From Spirogloea muscicola (taxonomy: Eukaryota): a stretch of DNA of 50,297 nucleotides. The notes beneath the pieces are model-generated. The model was not told the origin of the DNA and ran no database searches. It worked only from the letters and a program-made list of their open reading frames with translations. Position numbers and translations under genes: made by a program. The stretch's first letter is position 1; each line of letters starts with the position of its first letter. The stretch spans positions 840,862 through 891,158 of the forward strand of contig WELB01000018.1 of NCBI GenBank assembly GCA_009602725.1, in the 5' to 3' direction. Shown here one piece after another: positions 1-11,568 of the stretch.

Positions 1-434
1 TCACTAGCTCTTCATCTGAAATATTGGCCATCAAGATGGCTGATGCTGTCTTGTTCTCTCTTGAAGAAGGCCGACACAACCCACGAACCGGATTGACTTC
101 GACCGCATCCCAGACTTCGTGGTATTGAAGTAAACTGATCATCTTCCCCTTCCAGACTGGCCAACTTATCTCTCTCGAAAGCTTGGGACTATGGGCCCAT
201 AACCTGCCCATAGTCCCAAGCTTTCGAGAGAGTTATGGGCCCATAGTCCCAAGCTTTCGAGAGAGATAAGTTGGCCAGTCTGGAAGGGGAAGATGATCAG
301 TTTACTTCAATACCACGAAGTCTGGGATGCGGTCGAAGTCAATCCGGTTCGTGGGTTGTGTCGGCCTTCTTCAAGAGAGAACAAGACAGCATCAGCCATC
401 TTGATGGCCAATATTTCAGATGAAGAGCTAGTGA
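1..434. repeat. Perfect inverted repeat (arms 1-203 and 232-434, 28-nt spacer); left arm runs off the window edge
   Basis: Read by eye, 1-203 is the exact reverse complement of 232-434. Spacer bases 206-231 (gcccatagtcccaagctttcgagaga) are a direct copy of 239-264. Confidence 0.95.
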
Positions 435-619
435 ATTTAGTCAGATGGCCGTTGGCCAGCCAGATCTGGGACCAGCTGAAGTTCAAGTTTGAGAACAGAG
501 GCATGGATAGAGCATACTATCTTAGCATGCGTCTCAGAGAGTGTAAGAAGGAAGAGGATGAAGGCATACAGGAGTTTGTAAACAGAGTGGAGGTCTTGGC
601 TCTACAGCTACAAAGGTGA
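232..619 (+). mobile_element. Ty1/copia LTR-retrotransposon remnant: PBS plus truncated gag (UBN2/Retrotran_gag_2-like); mirrored on the - strand at 1-206
   Basis: The frame reads PKLSREISWPVWKGKMISLLQYHEVWDAVE...ASAILMANISDEELVNLV...ASQIWDQLKFKFE...LSMRLRECKKEEDEGIQEFVNRVEVLALQL, a typical copia gag pattern. It is preceded by GTTATGGGCCCA (CA-GGTTATGGGCCCA on the - strand copy). No pol follows. Confidence 0.8.
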
Positions 620-1540
620 CAGCACGATTGCACAACTAAAAGGAGAAATGGAGTGTGTTGATGATAGAGGGCCTGACTGGCCAAATCCAAAAGCAAACAC
701 CTTGCAAATGTTATCACCTGCTGCTAAGCTGACCCGCTCACTAACCACGAGTCAGCACACAGAATGCGTGTGTATTAAGAGATGGGGAGGCCATGTGTGG
801 CCAAGTACAAAGGAAAGCACATTGACAAATGTACGTCACCTGCTGCTAAGCTGACCCGCTCAGTAACCACGAGTCAGCACATAGAGGTCGCTGACTGATG
901 CCCGACTACTGGACGGCAATTCACACGCCGCCCTTGTGCCACCAGCCAAGGCTTGACCAGCTTTGTGGTGCAAAGCATAAGCCTGAGCTCGCTGCAAACA
1001 GGCTGACACACGATGTCGCAATACCGTCAAATAGGCTGCTGGCCTGCCCATCTCGGCTGTAAGCATGTCCTCACGTCGTGCATATCCTAGACTTGCGAAG
1101 TTCTCAAGGAGGGAAACGAGGACCCATGCAGCCAAAGGTGTCAACTGCGGCTGGTAGGAGGTGATCGCTCCGAGGGTAAGTCAGAGTAGTGCTGCAGATC
1201 TCTCTGCTCTGCACTTGCCACTGCGTGGCCAGCAATTGGGGTCGATGCTGAAAAGGGGTCGTGATTACCCACGAGTCAGCGCATACAGATCCGATAGGCT
1301 AAGTTGGGAGTCCGAGCACTGCCACGGAAGCCAGTGGCCTGGCTTAGTGCGAGCCCAGCACGCTGAGCGATGGCCAAAGCCTGGAAAAGCTGCGAAGGGA
1401 GCAACAAGTGCATCCTGTAATACGCAGCTATCGCCTGCAGAGCCTTAGTATACCGCAACCTGCCCCAAGAAAGGAAAGCTCTTACAAAGAACGAGACAAA
1501 GCTCCTGCAAAAGAAGGAAGAAGAAACGAAGTTCTTCCTG
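620..1540 (-). mobile_element. Tandem degenerate 3' ends of an REL-endonuclease non-LTR retrotransposon (2-3 truncated copies)
   Basis: The - strand reads, with frameshifts, AGHAVASAEQRDLQHYSDLP..DHLLPAAVDTFGCMG..LRHRVSACLQRAQAYALH...VSDLYVLTRGY* (860-1250). A second end LSDLYALTRG* lies at ~1262-1300. A ~50-bp direct repeat occurs at 714-763 and 836-885. Confidence 0.7.
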
Positions 1541-2977
1541 AGTAGGCAGTGGCTGTGAAGTACTTGCTTGCGTGGGCGCTCGTGCAGGCTGCTGCTACAT
1601 GGTGGAGTTGGTCACCTAGTCTAGGCGTAGAGAGGGGGAGAGAGGGAGAGAGAGAGGGAGAGGGACGACGCCCTCGAAAATTCCCCTCGCTCGGGTCAGC
1701 TGGTGCTACGCCGCTCAGCCTGTCCTATCCTTGCTGTTACCCTTTGTCGGCCTTCCGTTCCCTATCGAAACAGCGCTCTCCTCTTGCCTTTGTACTTGGC
1801 CAATCTGGCCTTCGATTGTTTCTAAATACAATAGAATATATCTTTTCCTGTTACCTGCACGGCTGCTGCCTCCTGTTTTCTGGCTTCCCACAGAGCGAGC
1901 TCGTTGCCTACCAGCGCTATGTCACATCCCTAAAGTGAGCTATAATTTTCAAGCCTAGATAGTTGAGTTGCTCTCCTGGATTGTGTGCTTGATGTGCAAC
2001 ATAGTGTTAACATGGTCCTCAAGGCAAAAGACGTGCCCTCTGACTTTGCGAGCCGAGGAGCCAACATGCACTTTATGCATGCCAAGACCTGCATGCCTGC
2101 CATGACCTTCTGCAGGTCGCTGACTCACAACAACTTCCACTCGGACTTGCAAGTCATAGGTCGTGTCTTAGAAGACATGCCATACTCTACGGTAAAGGAG
2201 TACGGTCTATTGTCACGTGGACGGTTGACCACTCGGTCTCCTAAAATTTGGCATAGTAAAGCTAACACAATCCAACAAGATGCTATAGGACCTGCTGACA
2301 CTGAATCAAGACACAGCAGCAATGCAAGTTGCGAGCCCCGTGGTCCAACACCAGTAGAAAATGCAGGTTGCACCATTCTTGTTTACAAATATGACCTGTT
2401 GAAAGCAAAGCTTGCTTAATCCACTGAATGTGCATGCTCGTTGGGGAGGTTGCATTAGAGGCCGTCCACAGTCAAGGATGGCTAGGTCGCATCCTGAAAG
2501 AGTTCCTCTTTGCATTCTCCGTTGTGAGCAACGTATGATGCAATGAAAGTACAACTTTATACATGTCCATACTTCCAAACCCTCCTGTGTCCACCACCAG
2601 AGCTACGATGAAAGTGTGCCTCCAACTACCTCCAGCAGGGGGCATGCCTATGCTACCTAAGGATCAACTTGATAAAGAACAAGGTGGAGGATAAGAATGG
2701 ATGCGTGAGATAGGGGGTTCATGACCACCCAGCCTCAAAGCTGATGCTTGTAGCATCGTTTGGAATATAGGGCAGCGTCGGGTCGTCATTGCCATTTCCT
2801 TTGAGATCTGCGTCTCGTCGTTCAAGCTCGCCCACTTCCGGCACTTGCATTGACGCTCCCTGATGATCACATGGCCTCGCCATTCTGAGTGAGAGAAGTC
2901 GTTGGATATCACCATCCAGCGGCACACTAAGTGCCTCTACCCACGACCAGAATCAGCTGCAACATCTAGCAGCAACA

Positions 2978-5900
2978 TCATGCTTGACAGGTCAACTGCC
3001 CACCAACCTTTCTTCTCCTGGCAGGGTCTTTTGCGGCTTCCAGAGCTTGCTGCAGCAAAGTCACGAGCTCCTTGAATTTGAACGGCTTCACAAGCACCTG
3101 CAATGGTGCAAACAGCAGGATAAGCTTGCCAAGCCAGATGAAGCTTTGCAGATCAATACACACATGTATGGCGATTGTGCACAGTAAGTGCTGATTCAAC
3201 GGCTACGCAAGCAAATCTTAATGGTCGTACCTCGTCCATTCCAGATGCCCGATATTGAGCAACTTGATAAGGCATGGCATTGGCAGTGCAGGCTACGATC
3301 GCCCCTGTGTACCCCTGACGCCGGAGCTTCTGAGCCACCTCCTCACCAGTGTACTTGGGCATCTGCAGACAAGCATTGCTCTCCTTACTAGATGAACACA
3401 GAGATCTGGCAATCCAATAGTGACTGGCAATGCAATGGTGACACATATGCTCCATAGTGGTCTCTCTGCATCCAAGTGAGGTGACTCTAGATGTCAGCTG
3501 CAGCTGCTGCTACACTGCAGCAGCTACTCTTGGCGACCTGCAACCGACCAACGATACCTGATGATCGCACAGGAGCAGATTGTACTCCTTTTGGCTGCAC
3601 ATGTCAAGTGCCTCCTGCCCGTCGGAGGCGATGTCGGCTTCGATACCCAACCGCTGCCATGGTGTGCAAATGTGAAACAGTTGATGCTTGCATAAACACA
3701 AGACCCTCTTGGTGGTTAGACTAGTGGAGCACTGAATCGGATCAAAGTGAGAGTTCAGCTCTGTGTCCTGCTGTTTCCTGCTCTACAACATGAGTTATTC
3801 CCAAGCATCCGATTACCTTGAGCATCGCCCAGCTGGTTCGTTGCAGCACAGGCGAGTCTTCAGCCAACAGGACTTTCAGGTTGCTTGGAAATTGGAATGC
3901 ACCGTCAACGCTTGCCAATGCTGGAAGAAGAGGAATACAAAGGACCTTGATCAGTACATGCAATCTTACTATTGCTCTAGAAGCTTTCAAAAACAAAAAG
4001 TAATGGCATGCCTTACCAGTGCTGTCTGCTTGGCTTGCACCATTAGAAGCGCTGGCAACGAGGCTCTGATCTGCCGCTACTGCTGCTGGTGTGCACTGCG
4101 TATCTCCTGATGGCAGAGCTTGGCTGTCTTGTGCTTCATCTACAGACGGCAGCTTCACTAGAGGGTCGTCGTTCTGCCTATTCACTTCTTCTGATGGTAA
4201 TCCTAGGGGAAGAACAAACCAGAATGTGGACCTGCGCAAGTGTCATTCACATTGTGAGATTGCAGTAATGCGCATCTGAATATACTGTATGTGCTTCCAG
4301 GAACCGAGTATCTGTAGATGTTTAGAGTGCCCAGGGTGATGCTCATGCTAGTCAAGACAGTATATTGAGTATGTGCAAGGGTCAGCTTAGCAATTTGCAC
4401 ACTAAGTAATTTCTGCTACTTCAAATTTAGATTCGAACATCCCTCATTGTTTAGTGATGTATAGGCCTTGCTTGTCTCTAGCCACGCTCCCCTGAACCTG
4501 CAATAAGTGTAAGTCCATTTTCTGGGTCAAGACCTACTCACCCAATGCCCATCTGACTGGTCACTCCTATCTCACCACCCATTTGGTTTATCAACGTTTT
4601 GCAGATGGCCAGACCAAGGCCTGTACCAACTATCTTGGGGTGGTCCTTGGCGCCGAGCTGGTGATACTTCTTGAAAAGGCGATCGATGTTGTCCTTGCTG
4701 ATGCCAATCCCAGTATCAGTTACCTGACAAGGGCGTACTTATTGTTCGTCAGCACCAAGGTAACATGTGAAAATCTTGCTATCACTCAATGTGCCCCAGA
4801 GGGGCTCCAAATGCTGGTCAGGCCTGGCTGTAGCGACCCATATTCTGCAGCAACACTCACTTTACATTTGCTCACTTGATACACTACATGGGCCACTAGG
4901 CTACAGTACTGCCGCAAGACAAGAGGCCTACTGATTCATTGAGAATCAAGCTCACCTGAACCTTTAAAACGACATAATTTTCTTCACTGACTGAGTGCAG
5001 GGACACCTGGACAGTCACTGAGCCTTGAGGAGTAAACTTGATGGCGTTGCTTAAAAGGTTGGAGATGACTTGTCTAAGCCGCGTGGGGTCACCAATCACT
5101 CTGTGTGGTACATTCGAGTCAATCTTCACAGCAATCCTTACTGAGGCATCTTTCCGCACAACTTGACCAGAAGGAGTGCAATCCCCGTTCATTGAGGAAT
5201 CGACAACGCCAGCAGGTGCATGAGAGTTGGAGGGGTTCTCTGAATAAGAGCGACTTGACCTGCGCACACCAATTGCCTGGTGGAGTGAGGTGATTTCACA
5301 AACATGGAGGCGTAGCTATCCAAGCGGCGATGTCACTTTCACAGGGTGACTATCTCACCCCAGGAGCACCCTAGTAACGGTCTAGGATATTCATAAGCAC
5401 TCATAACAGGAATTTTCAAGCCCTACCTCGAAGGACCGAACATGCTAGTTGCAGAAGACACGTGGGCAGCATAAGACTGCTGAGCAACTAAGATTTCCTC
5501 CACTAGTTCGCATATGTCGAAGGTGACATGAATGAACTCCAACTTGCCCTCTTCGATCTTCCTCATATCCAATACATCATTGACAATAGTCTGTAGGGGC
5601 AAACAAGCTGATGTCATCATTCAAGAGTTTGTCATATACAAACCATTGACACAGCTACTCTCGAATTGTTGCCTTATTGACGTGCTAGGTGACCAAGGCC
5701 CAGAAATACGACGTGGACGGACAAGGACACCAGTCTCTTACCGTCATGAGGTTGCTCTGATGCTCCATGCTGGCAATATGCTGCATGAAGGATATGTGGA
5801 GTACTTATTATTCAGCACAATAAGTAGTACAATAACAACTTTTTGTGGTATGTCCAGCAGGAGGCATAAGCAACTTATCTGCAAAGTAGCTGGGAGATCT

Positions 5901-8900
5901 TGCCATCTGGATGCTCGCTATGCCTTCACCCTTAACGTAATCTCAAGATGAAGCCAGAGCAGCGCAGGAAGCACATCACAGATCAAGTACTGATAGCACT
6001 AACCTTCATGATCTCTGAGCCAAGTTTCTCAGCCTCTGGACTAGTCTGGATCAGCTGAATGCAAGCACTAATACCGCACAATGGATTTCGTAGCTCATGG
6101 CAGATGAATGAAAGAAAGTCATTCAAGTTCCTCTTGTGCTCCTATGTAAAAAGAGCACAGATGAAGAACATATGTGTAAGAAGGTGAGAGCATCATGACG
6201 TTTATGCATTCTCCCATACAAGCATTGCAAGTACAGCATCACATGACCTGTCTCTCTACAAACTCGTCCAAGACAAGTGAGAAGATACAAGTGTTCAAGG
6301 CTTTCATGGTCATACCTCGCTGAGTTGAGTCATTTGTCGCTCAAGCCGGATTGCTTGCCTAAAAGCATGTGCAGCCTTGTTTTGAGATTCTGATAACATC
6401 TGCTTCTCAATGTAATGCGACTTCTTCATCTCCTTCATCTCATTTTCCATCTTCTGTTGCAGATTAGCTGCCCCCTACTCACCCAACATAACAAACCAAC
6501 AAAGTAAGCAATTGTCCAAGCAATTCCTGTCATTCCTGCATCTACGTCATGCTTGTGATAATAGTGGCTGCCGAGCTTTTTGTAGTCAAACGCGCACTGA
6601 TTCTGTGAACGTGCATAACCAGGAGTACCTGTTGCTGCCTTGTACGGAGGTTGCGGACTGCAGCCTTATGCTCCACTTCGAGATTATTCTCCTCATTGTG
6701 GTGCTTCTCTTTCAATCTCTGCATCTGTCTAGCCACGCTGGCCTCCTTTATCTCCAGCTCCTTGGCCTGCTGCTCCAATACACGCTTTTCAACAACTTCT
6801 GCAGGAAGTACAGGGCGAAACTGTCAGACTGACTCTTAGCTTGCACATACTGGTGTGCTCTAAGAATCAAGTTAAGTTTCAGGCCTGACCCAATGTTTCT
6901 GGTATGGTAAGATATGTACCCCACTGCAATAATTCTATATCCTACAATGGAAGGAAAGCAAACAGTATGGATTGGAAAGTCTTCATGGAGAAAGCCTCGC
7001 CACCAAATACACATGAGTGCACAAGCCCAATAGGTCATGAATCTGCAAATATATGCTACTTGAAGTCCCCTACTGGAATACAAACCTATGTCTTCCTCTG
7101 GACTATCCTCGTCGGGTGCCTGGTTGAGATGCGCATCCTCGTCCCAGGCTACCTGCGAGGCAGTGTAAAGGCTGCCCACATAGGACATATTCTCGATGCC
7201 CCCTGAATCAGATGAATCCTGCACATCAAACAAGACCAAACGCCTGAGCCGCCTCTTTCCACAGCTAGGCCGTCCAAGAGTGTACACCTGTACCTTTTCC
7301 CTGCCATGTTATATGTGGCTGCATGCATTGCAATTGCCCAATGGCTGGCCACTGACAAGCTACAATAATATCTGCCCCACATGTTGGCGCTGCCCAACCA
7401 ATGTGCAGCCATGCGAGTGGAAGATTAGCCAAGCCACCAGTAAGACTCATGACTATCTCAAGACTATCTTACCTGCAATACTGTGAGGAACTCCGCAAAG
7501 TCAGCCTCCATACCAGCCTTGCGAGCCTCCTGTCGAGCTTGAGCTTCACGCTGCAGGCGCCTGTGCAACTTTCTAGCCGCCTTCCGTTGCTTTTGTCGCA
7601 GAGCCTCGGTCGGCAACAGGGCTAACTCCTTCTTCTGCAAGGCGCATACATGACTAGATCAGATCAAGCCAAAGAAGGGGTTACTACCTCAGCTTCCTCA
7701 TAGTGAAGAAGAGCCTTAGTCTTGCCTTGAACTCAGCTATCCTTATCACGCATGTCAGATGCGCAGGACCAAGAGTACTTTGCGCATGACCAAAAATATG
7801 AGAAAAAGCTCCACAACAGACCTGCTTCTGCTTGAATGCATAGAGTTCAGCCTTCATCTCGTTATTCCTTGTTGTCAACTCCAGCGCATGGTCTTGGAGA
7901 ATCTTCTGCATCTGATCCAGGTGGGTAGCCTCAAGCTCGTGCATGGTTGTCTTACATTGCTGGTCGTACTCGAAGGCCCGACTACCATTCTGGAGCTGAA
8001 GTAGCTGCATTTCCCGTAATTGCTCAGCGAGCTTGGCCTGCAGAACCTTGGCCTGTCCTGCTGCAGCAGCATGCACCTGCCAGCAAGATATCCGCTATCA
8101 TGCATATGCATCCACGTAAAACCTCTGAAACTCTCAAGTTCTCAACCTCTCAAAGTCTGATACTCTGAAAGTCTCAAAAGCTCGGACTCTCAAAGTCTTA
8201 ACTCTCAAATTCTCAAACTCTCAACAACTCTCAGACTCTGGAAAGGAACATCCAAGCTGCTGAACACAGTACATCTGAATTACTCTACTCGCTGAAGCTA
8301 CAACGGGTTTTCCTCTGCCCATGAGAAATTCACGAGGGTGCTAGACTGCTCTGGTCCTTTAGTGACATGCTCCAAAGAGCATGTCAACCATAAGCCTCCC
8401 AGTAATAATACCTTGAGAGCAATGTCTCGCTTCTCCTTCGGCAGGGATGTAAGCTGCAGCTCCAATGCTATCTGCTGATTCCGCTGCTTGCGCTGGTTTG
8501 CAGAAAACAACTCCTTACGCTCACGCATCTGCCTCTCCTCCCGTTGCTGCATCCGCACATTGAAGGCCTCCCGAGCTCTAACCATGCGGGCCTGCTGAAG
8601 TTGCAGCTGCCTATGGGCTTTCTGTAGGTCAAAGTACCGCTGCTGTGCTAGTTGTAGCTTCTGAAAGTGGAGGTTGAGCGCAATCCTCAATGGTTGTCTG
8701 CAAGTCATAGCAAGGGGTCAGCACTTCCATTTTGATACCAGTCTGCAACCACTACAGCTGTCATAGGTCCTGGCCATGACTTCCAGCAGCTTTACCTGTT
8801 TGTCCGAGACCGGTTCTCATCGCTGCAAAGCAGATACATCTGTTAGACCATGTCGGCTGCCTCAGGCCTCAAATACGACAAGAGAAGTGACGGTGAGAGG

Positions 8901-10417
8901 ACTATACCGACATTGTATGAGATGATTGACTGAGGGGCACACAGGACTGACTGAGTGCTAGGCTGAGAAATCCTGATAAGGACTGCAGGTTTGCTGAGCG
9001 ATAGTACCTCTCAGCATCCTCTACGTCCTGCTGATTCTGCATGCTGAGCAGGTCTTCATGTTCCTGCTCCTGCTCCTCCTCAAGGTAGCGCTCCGCGCGC
9101 GCATGCATGGCAGCCAGCTCTGTCTCCTCTCGCGCGAAATGAACCTGCTGCTGTTGAAGGCGAAGCGTTTCCTCTGCTACGGCCTGCAGCACACGACGAG
9201 CCATCCGCAGATCATGGAGCTGGAAGAGGAGCTTGTTCAGAGGTCCAGGGAGATAGGACTACAGGTAATGCTTGAATGGGCGGGGGGCTTTAGCTTGGGA
9301 GGTACTTTGAGCACACCATTGATCTCAATGCAGCTGAAATCTCTGCCACATAGCCATGTGTCATCCAAGGCGTCACATCACACGCCACACTGGCCGGCTT
9401 GACAGTGCCCCGCATTGCTGCTGCTGCTGGTCGAGCTCTCACCGCTTCATTGCCAAGGCTGGCAAACAGGTGCTGCTGCTCGTTCGTCAAGAAGCTCGTC
9501 CACGAGTCCCTGTCTGCAGACTTCCTGCTGGGATTGTCGTCTTCGAGGATCAGCGGCCGATCTCCAGCTGCAAGAGACCTGCTCACGCTGCTCCCATCGG
9601 CGCTGCTCCCATTCCCCCTGGAAGATCTGCCAGCAGTCTTCTCGCCGCTGCCCGGAGCATGTGTGCCAGCTTTCCTGCCGGCCTCCGATAGTGAAGGGGG
9701 CTGCAGGTGTCCTGCTCCTGATCCTTCAGAAAGCATGAGGAAGGGGCATGTCAGAGCAACTTCACTTTCGTCCGCACATCGAGATGAAGGCCTGCAAATC
9801 TGGTGGCCCTGAATGCCTTCTTGGGCAGGTAAACCAACAAGCAAGCACTCGTGTTAGTCGACCATACTCCTTCACAACATCGAGCTTATGCACAAGGCTG
9901 ACGCCTCCAGTAACTGCGTGCTCTCGTCCTCAACAGTATCTCCCTCATATTCTCATCATAATTCCTCGAGTGCCAAGCTGCTGTGCAATGGTCAAGGATG
10001 CGCTCCTGTACCTTCGCTGCCATTGAGGCCCTCCTTGTGGTCAGCAGCACCATCCAATGCAATGCTCCCCATGCTTGGGGTGCGGCTAGAAGCACATCCG
10101 GGCCTCTGCTTGCGAGCCTCGGCGGCGCGCACCCCGGTACTCAGGCCGCTATCGGTAAGAGCTGGCTGCCATGGGCGTTGCTGCCGAGAGCCCTTCCAGC
10201 GCCGGCAGGCTCCAGTGAAGCTCAGCGAGTGACTGCCATTCTGCGCGCATGGCGTCAGGCGCGCTGATTCCCTCCGGACCTTCGAGCGGGCGGGTTGAGC
10301 CCCCGCCGCGAGCACTCGCAAGCCGGCGGGGACTGGCGCTGCCAGCACAGCGGCAGCGGGGCCGCCGGCGCGACGGGGCGGTCCGGAGCCCGTGAAGCTC
10401 CGCGGGGAGGCACGCAA
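2978..10417 (-). CDS. Multi-exon hybrid histidine kinase (long coiled-coil N-terminus, HisKA, HATPase_c, receiver); both ends uncertain (possible start ATG at 10072; possible extra last exon to 2719)
   Basis: H-box FLSFICHELRNPLCGI (~6070-6120), IVNDVLDMRKIEEGKL, N-box GDPTRLRQVISNLLSNAIKFT, G1 VTDTGIGI, G2 GTGLGLAICK, GSTFWF. Receiver LKVLLAEDSPVLQ...LLLCDHQMP...IVACTANA...VLVKPF. The junctions checked are phase-compatible GT-AG. Confidence 0.92.
8120..8243. repeat. Degenerate 8-9 bp minisatellite (ACTCTCAAA-like) in a histidine kinase intron
   Basis: About 13 tandem variants such as ctctgaaa, ctctcaag, ctctcaaa, ttctcaaa and ctctcaga. Confidence 0.75.
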
Positions 10418-10723
10418 GCCGAGGCCCGCGGCGGCCCGCGACTAGCAACAGCCCGGCGACGGCGGCGGTGGCGGGGCGGCGGCGGCGGCGATGGCGATGG
10501 CGGCGACGGCGGCGGCGGTAGGACGGCGAGGCCGGAGGCAGATAGGTGGGAAGGGGGGGGGGGGGGCACTGTCCGCCGGACCACAAATCGGTGATCTAAT
10601 GTGGATAGATATTTATCGACGTAGCGCCAGTAGTGGGCCCCGCCCATGCGCCCGGCAATCAGGAAAAAGCGGCCGGCGCGCTTTCAGGCCGACCCGCCCA
10701 CCCCCGGCGCTCCTTGGCAGCGC

Positions 10724-10755
10724 GCCACGTGTTGTCAGCCGGCGGCTGCCACGTG
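10724..10755. promoter_or_regulatory. Pair of G-box/ABRE-like motifs upstream of the histidine kinase
   Basis: GCCACGTG at 10724-10731 and 10748-10755 (CACGTGGC on the - strand), just upstream of the GC-rich 5' end. Motif match only. Confidence 0.35.
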
Positions 10756-11446
10756 CCAGCCCCGAAGCTGCGGCAACGGAGCGCCGTCGGACCGTCCTGC
10801 GCTTGGCCGTCCGATCGCCGCGTGACCCGACGGCGTGACGGAGGACAAGTGAAGCCATATCCGGCCCCGCCCACTTCGCTGTTATGACGATTATCATCAT
10901 TGGCTGCTACAGTGCACGGTTTACCAGCTGCTTGCTATCGGTCAGCGGGGGCAGAAATGTGAAACCCACCCCCTCAGCAGGTGACGTACATTTGTCAATG
11001 TGCTTACCTTTGTACTTGGCCTCCCCATCTCTCAATACACAACGCTATCACCCTCAGGCTAGCGGGATCAGGCACGCCTCCTTTGTAGCTGCTTTCTATC
11101 TTTGTCTGCTTTGGTTTCTTAGCGCTTCCTCTGGCTTCCTCTGGCCCCCTTCTCGTTCTTTGTTCATTCTTTTTTGGGCTGGCTTGTCCAGCCCCTATCC
11201 TCAATGGGCGAGCCCTTTCTCCTCGCCTTCCCTCTTCTTGGCGTCAGCCTACCTCGTTCCACCTCGTTTGCGTCTCTGCATTTCGCCGCCGTCGTCGGCG
11301 CTCGTTGTGCCTCGGCGCCGCTGGCTCGTCCATGGCTCGTCCATTGAGTCTACAGCGCTCCCAGGCACTCGCGATACACCAGCGTGCTGGGCCTGCATTA
11401 GCCCAGGCTAATGGCTTCCGTGGTGGTAAAATATGGCTCCTCAGCT

Positions 11447-11568
11447 TAGCTTGTCAGATGCATGTGCTTACTTAGGGATGCTATTGTCCCCCTTAGCTAG
11501 CTTATCATCCCGTTAACAGGACATTTGTAAGGCTCCCTTTCAATATCATGCCCACCACGCGCCTTCTC
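11447..11568 (+). repeat. Dispersed ~120-135 bp repeat, copy 1 (copy 2 at 19268-19402)
   Basis: Colinear similarity to copy 2, including the identical 23-mer gttaacaggacatttgtaaggct (11512-11534 and 19335-19357). Confidence 0.8.

Noticed and set aside
1950..2700. Short ORFs (144, 83 and 90 aa) between the repeat cluster and the kinase 3' end
   Set aside because: No recognisable motif or consistent exon chain.
10455..10566. (GGC)n runs and a long G run (similar tracts at 15555, 32480, 32960 and 50270)
   Set aside because: Recurrent GC-rich 5'-UTR/first-exon microsatellites marking gene starts in this genome; ORFs over them are compositional artefacts.
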